This document shows positions 26,868 through 37,346 of a stretch of 64,000 nt of DNA, in pieces (position 1 is the first letter of the stretch; each line of letters begins with the position of its first letter). The position numbers and the translations under genes are program-made. The DNA is from Podarcis liolepis (Eukaryota). Under the pieces are notes generated by a model. The model was not told the DNA's origin, did no database searches, and was given only the letters and a program-made list of their open reading frames with translations. Location: NCBI GenBank assembly GCA_965112155.1, contig OZ218101.1. The stretch is one strand, 5' to 3'.

Positions 26868-27631
26868 TTGTCTTTGTCCATGGAGTTTCGTGGCAGGGAT
26901 ACTGGAGTGGCTTGCCGGTTCCTGCTCCAGGTGGATCCCGTTTAGTCAAAACTCTCCACTATGACCTGTCCATCTTGGGTGGCCCTGCATGGCATAGCTC
27001 ATAGCTTCTCTGAGTTATTCAAGCCCCTTCACCACAGCAAGGCAGTGCTCCATGATCACTGCAGATGGTGACAGCAGTCATGAAATTAAAAGACGCCTGC
27101 TTCTTGGGAGAAAAGCAATGACAGACCTAGACAGCATCTTAAAAAGCAGAGACATCACCTTGCCAACGAAGGTCCATATAGTTAAAGCTATGGTTTTCCC
27201 AGTAGTGATGTATGGAAGTGAGAGCTGGACCATAAAGAAGGCTGATCGCCGAATAATTGATGCTTTTGAATTATGGTGCTGGAGGAGACTCTTGAGAGTC
27301 CCATGGACTGCAAGAAGATCAAACCTATCCATTCTGAAGGAAATCAGCCCTGAGTGCTCACTGGAAGGACAGATCCTGAAGCTGAGGCTCCAATACTTTG
27401 GCCACCTCATGAGAAGAGAAGACTCTCTGGAAAAGACCCTGATGTTGGGAAAGATGGAGGGCACAAGGAGAAGGGGACGACAGAGGACGAGATGGTTGGA
27501 CAGTGTTCTTGAAGCTACTAGCACGAGTTTGACCAAACTGTGGGAGGCAGTGGAAGACAGGAGTGCCTGGCGTGCTCTGGTCCATGGGGTCACGAAGAGT
27601 CGGACATGACTAAATGACTAAACAACAACAA
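26868..27631 (+). mobile_element. Bov-B (RTE-BovB) LINE, 5'-truncated with an inverted 5' segment
   Basis: ORF 27052-27609 (DGDSSHEIKRRLLLGRKAM...FELWCWRRLLRVPWTARRSNLSILKEISPECSLEG...WRALVHGVTKSRT) is the Bov-B RT C-terminus; (CAA)n tail; perfect 14-bp TSD ATGCAGGCTGCCTG at 26854-26867 and 27632-27645. Confidence 0.95.
27052..27609 (+). pseudogene. Bov-B reverse transcriptase C-terminal fragment (185 aa, no catalytic core)
   Basis: Uninterrupted frame of the truncated LINE; RT active-site motifs absent. Confidence 0.85.
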
Positions 27632-28134
27632 ATGCAGGCTGCCTGGTACTGAAGCCTAAAACGTGTCCTTCATCACCAGACCACTGGTGGCACAAGAAGT
27701 AAGATATAAGAGATATAAGAGAATGATTGCTTGAAGCCCTTTGCTCCCCCCTGCTCCCTTCAAGCACCATATGAAACGCTGCCTGTGGTATTTAATGTAC
27801 AATGGCCATTCCATAATGCAAGTCATCATTTGATACAATACTCTCTGAGTAATGAACGGATAGATTTGACACCCAATGGTGTTAGTAGAACCTAATCTTA
27901 GGTCACAATCTTTGTGATACCTGGCCTCTATTTAGGTTTTAAGAAGACACACATATGCAAATATGTGTAGCACACAAATATAATTCATTACAGCACCAGG
28001 ATCTGTTTACTTTGTAGCTGATACACACATTTGCATCAAGTAATGTGTGAAATGATCCTCGATTGCTTTAACTCTAGTCAAGGCATAGATAGTTCTGAAC
28101 ATTTGACCTTCAATTTACACTGTCTCTTAAAGAC

Positions 28135-28238
28135 TGTTGCAGCAAAAACAACAGAGTGTTGTGGCACCTTATAGACTAGCAACTATATTATGGCATAATT
28201 ATCTGTGGAATACAATCCACTTCATCAGATGCATGAAA
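28135..28238 (-). mobile_element. Degenerate Penelope-like (Neptune-type) terminal-repeat fragment with a decayed hammerhead
   Basis: GTGGCACCTTATAGACTA...GGCATAA...CCACTTCATCAGATGCA; minus strand gives GCAU-CUGAUGA-A-GUGGA/UCCAC. Confidence 0.6.
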
Positions 28239-28261
28239 TATTATCCTGAGTTTCAGGGAGA

Positions 28262-28645
28262 AAAAGGTAAGGTAAAGAACCCCTGGATGGTTAAATCCAA
28301 TCAAAGGCAACTATGGGGTTGTGACGCTCTTCTCACTTTCAGGCCGAGGGAGCCTGCGTTTGTCCACATACAGCTTTCTGGGTCATGTGGCCAGCATGAC
28401 TAAACCACTTCTGGCTCAACAGAACACCATGATTGAAGTCAGAGCACACAGAAACGCTGTTTACCTTCCCACCAGAGCGGTACCTATTTATCTACTTGCA
28501 CTGGTGTGCTTTTGAACTGCTAGGTTGGCAGGAGCTGGGACAAAGCAACGGGAGCTCACTCCAACACAGGGATTTGAACCGCTGACCTTTTGATCAGCAA
28601 GCCCAAGAAGGACAGTGGTTTAGACCACAGTGCCACCAGAGTCCC
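28262..28645 (-). mobile_element. Sauria SINE (Squam1), full length
   Basis: Colinear with 20905-21265 and 40766-41146. Confidence 0.9.
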
Positions 28646-28805
28646 AGGAATGGATAGACATGGTTGGGCCCAATCCAATGACAAGCTGTGTGGCACAGTC
28701 CCCCACTGAGATGAATGGGAGAGGCCTAAGAGCAATGAGTGCATGTGGTAGAGAGCTTGTGCCCAAAGACCTGGAAAACTTATGAAACAGTCCTTGTTTG
28801 TTTGC

Positions 28806-28856
<51 letters not shown>

Positions 28857-28905
28857 GGTTTTGGTGTCTTCGGGTGTCTTCCCGTGTAAGAGTTGGGGTG
28901 TCTAG

Positions 28906-28943
28906 GCGACGTTTCGACGAGGTCTCACTCGTCATCTTCAGGC
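28906..28943 (-). ncRNA. Minimal type I hammerhead ribozyme motif (intact core)
   Basis: Minus strand: GC-CUGAAGA-U-GACGAG(UGAGAC)CUCGUC-GAAA-C-GUC-GC. Confidence 0.75.
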
Positions 28944-29081
28944 TGGTGCTTTCGGCTTCTTGTTACTGGAACAGACGAAGATGACCTCGTCGAAACGTCG
29001 CCTAGACACCCCAACTCTTACACGGGAAGACACCCGAAGACACCAAAACCTGCATTCCTGTACCCGTGAAAATCTACGAAA

Positions 29082-29128
<47 letters not shown>

Positions 29129-29209
29129 CTTTCGTAGATTTTCACGGGTACAGGAATGCAGGTTTTGGTGTCTTCGGGTGTCTTCCCGTGTAAGAGTTGG
29201 GGTGTCTAG

Positions 29210-29247
29210 GTGACGTTTCGACGAGGTCTCATTCGTCATCTTCAGGC
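29210..29247 (-). ncRNA. Minimal type I hammerhead ribozyme motif (two substitutions)
   Basis: CUGAAGA-U-GACGAA(UGAGAC)CUCGUC-GAAA-C-GUC-AC; one stem II pair and the first stem I pair are lost. Confidence 0.6.
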
Positions 29248-29313
29248 TGGTGCTTTCGGCTTCTTGTTACTGGAACAGAGCTCTGTTCCAGTAACAAGAA
29301 GCCGAAAGCACCA

Positions 29314-29351
29314 GCCTGAAGATGACGAGTGAGACCTCGTCGAAACGTCGC
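29314..29351 (+). ncRNA. Minimal type I hammerhead ribozyme motif (intact core)
   Basis: CTGAAGA at 29316-29322, 6-bp stem II GACGAG/CTCGTC, GAAA 29342-29345, palindromic ACGT stem III, GUC triplet ending 29349. Confidence 0.75.
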
Positions 29352-29400
29352 CTAGACACCCCAACTCTTACACGGGAAGACACCCGAAGACACCAAAACC

Positions 29401-29448
<48 letters not shown>

Positions 29449-29894
29449 GATTCTGATATGATTTCCAGTCCTGTCAAATAAATAAATAAACTAAGAGATT
29501 TATACTAGCGGGAGCAATGAGTTTCTGGGTCTCCATGATGCTCATACAGAGGTATCATTCTTTCCCCGGGGGAAGAGAAAAAGCTATTGGAGCACACATA
29601 AAATTTAGGTGCTTGAAGATTTTCTCCAGGACTTCTGTTTAGATTTGCTATCAGAAGAAGCAATAAAACTGGGATTTATGTTGTATCTTTAACAAATCTC
29701 ATGCTTCCCGATCTGGTGTGGGGTTGTTTTTTTTGCGCTCCAATTAGTGCCGTTTCTTAAAGCTAAAGCAGCACATGTTCAAGAAGTGCTGAGAGATATT
29801 TCAGCAACTGTATTTAAGTAAGCGTAAAAATAGGTGTGTGCACCAGGAGACTAGCACGCGGGATAAGTAGGATTATTTATTTATTTATTAATGC

Positions 29895-29896
<2 letters not shown>

Positions 29897-29938
<42 letters not shown>
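29897..29938. repeat. (TAT)n microsatellite
   Basis: Direct. Confidence 0.95.
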
Positions 29939-31816
29939 GCATTAGTGGGTGTTGAGTACTTCTGTTCAGGATTCTAGCCAGCCTGCCATATCGTCTTCGA
30001 CAGTACTCCATTCCATTCTGCCTACTTGGAGAATTAATTTATCATTAGTATTTAGTGGCATTCCTCCAACCTGGTGTGCTCTAGATGAATTGAATGACAA
30101 CTTCCATTAGCCCTAACCAACATGACTAATGATCAAGAATGTGCAAGTTGTAGAAGGCATCATGTTGAGAAAGAGTGGCACATACTATATCAGGGGTCAC
30201 CAATGTGTCACACCTGTAGAAGTTTTCCCTGGCAGCCGCAGGGTCTATTTCTCCATTGTAAATAGGCATGGAAGGAAGAAGCAGTCCACTGTAACCAAAA
30301 ATTTGATTCATACACACTTGATTGTGCTGTGTGTGCGGCACGCCCACATCGGCTTTATTCCATTTGCAAATGTGTACATGGATCGAAAAAGGTTGACAAC
30401 CCCTGAACTATATGCTAGAAAAGTGGCTGCTCTGAATTTGTAGCGAATGCTAGGATAACCAGATGCAAAGTAGAATGGGCATTCAGAACCTTCAATAGCT
30501 ATGTAAAGCCAGGAAGGGAGGTCATCTTAGTACCAGTGGTTTAGCATGCGTTGCCGGTGCCCGGGGCCACATGGAGCAGGGGAGGGAAACAGATGGAGTA
30601 CACATGTGCCTGTGTCACCCAGGAGATCGCAGCTGAAGAGATAAGAAAAGAAGAGTCATTCCATTATCTGGAGATTTCACTTCCTGGTTGGCATGGAGAA
30701 GCCATTTTCAGCAGACCCCAGTGACGGAAGTGTGCAGCTGTATTGAGGCAGAACCAGGTGTTGAAATCTTGTGCCCCCTAACAATTAAACTCCTGAGACA
30801 ACTGCCCCTGTGCCCCGCCCCACAATACACCACTGCTTACTGCTTACCAATCACAGATGTAAAACTTCACTGCTGAAGTTTGCAGTTCTGCTAACTATAA
30901 AAGGTAAAGAAGTGTTGTCCTTTTGTACCTTTAGTTACCCAAAGTAAGCCTCATTAGAAAAACCAAAGCCAACATATTGGATACACAAGTGCCAAAAGGA
31001 GGAGAATTCAGCTTGAATGAAAAGGGCTTTAGCATCTATATTTAATATTCTTCCTCACCTCCCTGCCTCTCTGCTTTGTTGTAAAGATCCAAGAATTTAG
31101 ACTGCCTACTGGTTCAATGGGAGTATTTTATTTTCAGCTAAATGTTATATGATCCCAACTTTGCATCTTTTCATTATTAATGGGATGATTGGGATTTTTC
31201 AAATTATGTCATATTAAGTTTTGAGCTCTGCATCTAGCCCTGGCACATGTTTCGTGATATTTTGACTGAGTGGGCTTTCAAGAGTGATTTGTCATCGTCC
31301 TAAATGAATCTGAAAATGTTATGCAAATCAACAATACAGTGATCCTTTGAACATTTCTTTCTTTTTGCATGTCTGTGGTTGACTTCCCTCTTTTTTTTAA
31401 TCTTTTATTCCAATCATCTGCTGATCAAAGCGATCTTCTCAGCAAAGATCATTTTTGTAAATGAGATAAGCAAGTGTGCCACAAACAGGAGCCAGCTGAA
31501 GGGTTGATATGTAGGCCTAGTTCTGCTGACTGAAGACCACAATAACTCCTCCGGCTTGAAAGCACAGTCCCAGCAACATGAATATGATAATGAGCAGTAA
31601 TGTTTGTCTTCTTTATATCACATTTCATGGGTGCGCTCAACTATTTACATAATTTGCAAATATTTAGTCGAAACGAAGGGAGTGATGTGAGACTTCGGTG
31701 TCAGGTCTTTGGAGCTGAGGCTTCCAAATGCAAGAAAGGTGCTTCCCTTGAATTCACTCTTAAATCTCTCAGAGACTTCAGTGGGGAATCAAGGATTTCA
31801 TTAATTCAGTTTTTAA

Positions 31817-31852
<36 letters not shown>

Positions 31853-32048
31853 AATTTGCCTTTGGATGTTGTTGCTGAAAACTCTGTCAAAGCAAATAAA
31901 GTGGCATAATAGATGTTGTTTTTATGGCTGCTGTCTTATGCCAAGAAAATGGCCTCCAGTGTTGTCCACCTCACCGAAGCAGTTTTTGACACACAGGCAG
32001 ATATGTGGGGAAAGGGGAAGTCTTTGCGAAGGAGAGCAGCTGGACAGT

Positions 32049-32086
32049 TAATAATAATAATGATAATGATAATAATGATGATGATG

Positions 32087-32138
<52 letters not shown>
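32049..32138. repeat. (AAT)n/(GAT)n microsatellite
   Basis: Direct; produces the spurious poly-I/N/L ORFs. Confidence 0.95.
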
Positions 32139-32139
<1 letters not shown>

Positions 32140-32480
32140 TTTATATTTATAATCAACCTTTCAACAGAAGGTTTGATTCTAATGGACAACAGTCCATTAA
32201 AATACATGACATCAAGACAGTAGAAAAATAATAAAACCAACAAAACAGAAATTCCACAGCCTTCCAGAGCCCCAAAGAAAAATATAAGTGTTAACTTGAA
32301 ATGTAAAAACGGGTAGGATGAGAAACATCTGCAGGAGGGAGACGTTTCCATCTCTGGAGTGCATAACAGATAAGGTTCCATTCCATGCTGTCATATCAAG
32401 GACTACAGCTAGTAGTGGAACTATGAATCGGGCATCTCCCAGGGAGTGGTGGTTCTTTAGTAGATTGGCCCCAAGATATA

Positions 32481-32724
32481 CAGTGGTACCTCGGGTTGCA
32501 GGTGCTTCAGGTTACAGACGCTTCAGGTTACAGACTCCGCTAACCCAGAAATAGTACCTTGGGTTAAGAACTTTGCTTCAGGATGAGAACAGAAATCGTG
32601 CCACCGCAGTGCAGCGGCAGTGGGAGGCCCGATTAGCTAAAGTGGTACCTCAGGTTAAGAACAGTTTCAGGTTAAGAACGGACCTCCAGAACGAATTACA
32701 GTAAGTTCTTCCAAGGTACCACTG
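32481..32724 (+). mobile_element. Tc1/mariner (Tigger-type) MITE, family A copy 2
   Basis: TA|CAGTGGTACCT...AGGTACCACTG|TA. Confidence 0.9.
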
Positions 32725-33487
32725 TATTGGACTTTACAGACCAATTTAATTTTCTTAAATTGGGCACTGTAGCAAATAGGGAGCCAGTGCTGATCCTTGA
32801 GGAATAGATGAACTGTGGTCCTATTTCATTGTATCTACCAACAGTCTGTCCACCACATTCTTCACTAGAGTCTAGGCTAAAAAATTTAGACTCTAATATT
32901 AAAAACACTACAGAAGTAAAATCAATTAAAATGGCCATATTTTATTTTGAGAGCAACTAGAACCAATTATAGAAAATTTCTTTTCACGGACCCATGCCAC
33001 AGTCTGGCATGATCAAATATTTAACTTTTGGAGAAGGTTCTGGCTTCTCAAGCCAAACATGTATGCTAAGCTCAAAACTCAATCAAATGCCTGTGTAAAA
33101 ATACTAATTTCAAAGCATGGTCGCAGGAAGGTTCCTAGGGATTATTCACTTCTGCTTGCAAATAATTACTCTATCGACTATTTTCAGAAGGAGTAGCTGA
33201 GGTGTCATCTATGTGTGGGGAGCTAAACTGCTGGGGAAATCAAGAAATGTGAAATGAACCACATAGGAAGCAGAGTAAAAGTCATGTGCATGTGTATATG
33301 GGTGATATACATGTTAGGAGTGACGTGAGTTGAACGGCTAATGTGTGCAACAACTAGCCATTGTGCACATTCACAATGTTTTATGGAATATGTGCACATA
33401 ATCTGTCCATGAGGGGAGGAATGTATGCACCTCCTGCTTAGTAGGAACACCTAAACACAAGTATAACACAAGTGTGTAATAACACTA

Positions 33488-33745
33488 CCGTATTTTTTGC
33501 TCTATAAGACTCACTTTTTCCCTCCTAAAAAGTAGGGGGAAATGTGTGTGCGTCTTATGGAGTGAATGCAGGCTGCGCAGCTATCCCAGAAGCCAGAACA
33601 GCAAGAGGGATTGCTGCTTTCACTGCACAGTGATCCCTCTTGCTGTTCTGACTTCTGAGATTCAGAATATTTTTTTTCTTGTTTTCCTCCTCCAAAAACT
33701 AGGTGCGTCTGTGGTCTGGTGCGTCTTATAGAGCAAAATATACAG
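33488..33745. mobile_element. pogo/Tigger-type MITE, family B
   Basis: TA|CCGTATTTTTTGCTCTATAAGAC ... GTCTTATAGAGCAAAATATACAG|TA. Confidence 0.85.
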
Positions 33746-34736
33746 TATATTCTATTCAGCCAGTATTTTCCCATCTGTGTTCAAGATTTCTCTTGAATTT
33801 TGGTAGTTGTTTTAACCATCCACCATTTACACATACAACAGCAGCCTGTCCAATCTAAGGTAGCTTGTTTAAAAAGTAGTTGGTCCAGTTCTTTAAAATG
33901 GAGAGGGAAAGTGTTTAAAAAGTTTCCAACTTCTCACTGCAACTTGCATTGTGACATTTGTTAAAATAAGATAAATTAAGAGTTCGTGTGCATACAGTAT
34001 TTGTATTTTAATGAGGTGATTTGTGTAGAATGGCCACTGATTGTTAGCATTTATAAATATTATTTATTCAGGCATATAAAGCAAATATTAGATAGGAGCA
34101 TTGTAATGGATTTAAACTTATGTATAAATGCCAGCAGGAAGTTCCAATCATACTCAGTCAGGATTATGCATTCATCTTGGTTAGCTCTCTATAGTGTGCA
34201 CTGGACTTCATTCAAAATGAAAAATACATGCTTATGTTTGACCTCTGTGTTTCGCATTCCACAAACACACCATGTTTAAGCTATGATTGTGTTCCCATTA
34301 GCTGCCCGAAGGTCAATCATTTGTCTATCTATATTAGCCTTGTTTTCCACTGTGTGTTGAATATGCAGCTTGTTTTTAGCTCTTTTGCAACATTACAAAT
34401 TTATTTTGTATCAAGACAAGTGTTGTACACTGCATACAATTCAAAATAATGCCATAGAGAGAAGGGGAGACCCAGCGGAACATCTGGCTATTGCGCTATG
34501 CTCAGAATGAGGCTCCCATTAGTAGAATGGTCCTTGCTTCCACAACTGGATATCACTCAGCAAAATGGCTGATTCTTTCCTTTGCTAATGGGTGCAGTTC
34601 ATGCGCCCTCACATTGTACCTACAGCATGATGGAACAGAAGAGCAGCTAGTGAGTACATTTGAGGTGGCAAAATAACCAGATTTGCTCCTTACCGAAGAT
34701 TTGGCTGCTTGATGCAATTCATTGGAAGACGATCTA

Positions 34737-34872
34737 CACAGAATCATAGTTGGAAGGGACCGCAATGATCATCCAGTACAATTCCCTGTAATGCAGGAAT
34801 CTTTTGCCCAATGTGGGGCTCGAACCCACAACTCCGAAATTAAGAGCCTCATGCTCTGCCGACTGAGTGATC
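34737..34872 (-). mobile_element. tRNA-Lys(CTT)-derived SINE with CR1-type 3' tail
   Basis: Minus strand CTCAGTCGGCAGAGCATGAGGCTCTTAATTTCGGAGTTGTGGGTTCGAGCCCCACATTGGGC (diverged tRNA-Lys) followed by GGTCCCTTCCAACTATGATTCTGTG CR1 tail. Confidence 0.8.
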
Positions 34873-35042
34873 GTGTTCCCTGGATGCCCAAACTGGATGG
34901 ATGTTAGTCAGATCCATGCAGCAAGGAAATTCTTTGTGTTTGCCTTGTTGTGTTATTGCAGGTGAACTCATTGACATGTTCATAAATAACAGCACACCTG
35001 AGGAATGGTTCAGTTGAAGCAAGTCTACAACCAGAAGTTGGC

Positions 35043-35082
<40 letters not shown>

Positions 35083-35168
35083 AGGCCTGCTGAGATCCAA
35101 CTTATCTTTTCATTTAGCAGCTTGTAAAGCCTGACAACCGCCCTGAGATCTGTGGTTGTAGGACAGTA

Positions 35169-35410
35169 CAGTGGTACCTCGGATTAAGAACTTAATTAGT
35201 TCTGAAGGTCCGTTCTTAACCTGAAACTGTTCTTAACCTGAGGTACCACTTTAGCTACTGGGGCCTCCCGCTGCTGCTGTGCCACCGACTCACAATTTCT
35301 GTTCTCATCCTGAGGTAAAGTTCTTAACCCGAGGTACTATTTCTGGGTTAGCAGAGTGTGTAACCTGAAGCGTCTGTAACCTGAAGCGTCTGTAACCCAA
35401 GGTACCACTG
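35169..35410 (-). mobile_element. Tc1/mariner (Tigger-type) MITE, family A copy 3
   Basis: TIRs plus TA TSD; reverse orientation. Confidence 0.9.
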
Positions 35411-36923
35411 TATACAAATTTAATAATAATAATAAAAAACCTTAAGGCTGTTTTGTTAAGTTTGTAGTACCATGCGATGTTTCAATGATACTAAATCTAT
35501 ATTAAGAATATTCAACTTCTTATTGTGAAGTAGTATAATTTTTTAAAAAAGAGAAAAGAGATACACATAAAAATCTACAGACCATAATCCAGTAAGTGTT
35601 TGGCATGCTATCAACCTCATCTCCTATAACCACTACACATTCTCATTGCCATCCCAACAACCAAGCGTGTGCAAATAAGCCACTGGTGTGTTTCGGGTGT
35701 TGTGATCTGCTAATTTTGTGGTATCGTGATGTGATTGCGCCTTTCAAGCTCAAAATAAAGGGTTGTATTCCTGGTGGCCTGACCAAATGATCTTCCCTCT
35801 CAGCCCTCATGCACTATTCTAGGGGTTTTCCCAACCTTCCAGAGCAGATTTGGGGAGAGTGGGGGGAGGAGAGGGACGAACGTCCAATTGCACTAGTGGG
35901 AATTGTGGTGGCTTCCATTAGCGCAACCATTTTGCTAAATATATTTAAGATTTTGGAGCACTGTTGAACAGATATTTGTCTGAAATGAACTGGTATAAAA
36001 CTAATAAATACAGCATAAAACAGTGTTAATCTTTTAAAATGAAATAGTAAGCTATGCCTTGCGAGTTACGTATTGCAAACCTTTCTTGCAGCTTTGCCTT
36101 GTCTCCTCTTGTCTGGCCTCTCCTTGCCTACGAAACTTCAGAACGCAGCAGCGAGCTGGACCGCCCCACCACAGGTGAGAAATGAGAAATTTTAAGGGCT
36201 GTTGAACACTAAGTATTTTCACAGTAGGTCAACGCAAATTTATTCTGGAGATGTCTCTGTATTTGGAATATACTTGCAAATGCACAGAGCACGCTAACTC
36301 CCATATGCACATTGGACTTCTTTGTTGTGATTGTCCAGGTTTAGAACTTCAGACTGGAGGGATATAGGCAGATGTATCTTAAAAAGAGGAGCCACCTTTT
36401 TTCAGTCAAAGTGCATGTCCCCAGCTTCCCCCAAACTTCATAATACTCTGGCCTTTAGCAAATGGAAAGGCTGATTGTGTTGTTTTCTTGCATCTTCCCT
36501 CAATTCCTGGCAAGGTGTACAATGCCAACATAAGCCAGCCAATGTATGGGACAATCAGTGCCCCATACAGATATTTTTCCAGAGCTCACCCCTAGGAGAA
36601 GGTGACAAATCAAATACCTAAGTCCAGTTCCAGAGCAGTGCCACCATTCAATCTACTTAGACACTCCATCATATGAAAAATATAGCAGTGCTGGCAACCT
36701 CAAAATGAACTTGTTTCCCTGTGTTTGCATATTTGACTCTCCATCTTATTTCAATGCCTACTGCTTTTCATCTGCCATTCATAGAGGACCTATTGTGCAA
36801 TGCAGTCTTCTTCTTTCCCCAACCTGGTCTTCTTTGATCATGTGTTATGACAGCAGAAAGTGTGCAGAAACGACTGAAGCCTTGGCTTCTTTTGGTGTGG
36901 GATGTACAAGAGATCCATTAAAG

Positions 36924-36924
<1 letters not shown>

Positions 36925-36957
<33 letters not shown>

Positions 36958-36959
36958 GT

Positions 36960-37007
<48 letters not shown>
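36925..37007. repeat. Compound (CA)n(GA)n microsatellite
   Basis: Direct. Confidence 0.95.
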
Positions 37008-37009
<2 letters not shown>

Positions 37010-37115
37010 AATTCAATGAAATGAACAGTTTAATAGCAAAATAGTGGATCTAGGTTTTAAACTGTTTATTGCAAAAATATCAACAATAAGACACAGAGAA
37101 TGAGAGGGGGGAGAG

Positions 37116-37346
37116 AGATTCCACCTAAACATTAGGAAGAACTTCCTGACAGTAAGAGCTGTTCAACAGTGGAATTTGCTGCCAAGGAGTGTGGTGGAGT
37201 CTCCTTCTTTGGAGGTCTTTAAGCAGAGGCTTGACAACCATATGTCAGGAGTGCTCTGATGGTGTTTCCTGCTTGGCAGAGGGTTGGACTCGATGGCCCT
37301 TGTGGGCTCTTCCAACTCTATGATTCTATGATTCTATGATTCTATG
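37116..37346 (+). mobile_element. CR1 LINE 3' end
   Basis: RFHLNIRKNFLTVRAVQQWNLLPRSVVESPSLEVFKQRLDNHMSGVL* terminus, GGGTTGGACTCGATG, (ATTCTATG)3 tail; GAGAGGGGG on both flanks. Confidence 0.9.

Larger units (their letters stand above)
28808..29446. mobile_element. Array of four Penelope-like terminal-repeat copies in alternating orientation within (AT)n tracts
   Basis: (AT)n 28808-28853; copy1(-) 28854-28975; copy2(+) 28977-29083; (AT)n 29084-29125; copy3(-) 29126-29280; copy4(+) 29281-29403; (AT)n 29404-29446. Confidence 0.8.

Noticed and set aside
27078-27593. 171-aa minus ORF
   Set aside because: Antisense shadow of the Bov-B ORF
28976-28999. Hammerhead in copy 2 as functional
   Set aside because: CUGAAGA reduced to CGAAGA and 9 nt of stem II/loop deleted
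28808-29446. Repeat array as a CRISPR or prokaryotic system
   Set aside because: Long inverted units with no unique spacers, eukaryotic context, no cas genes
31913-32381. Poly-I/N/L ORFs
   Set aside because: Translations of the (AAT)n microsatellite
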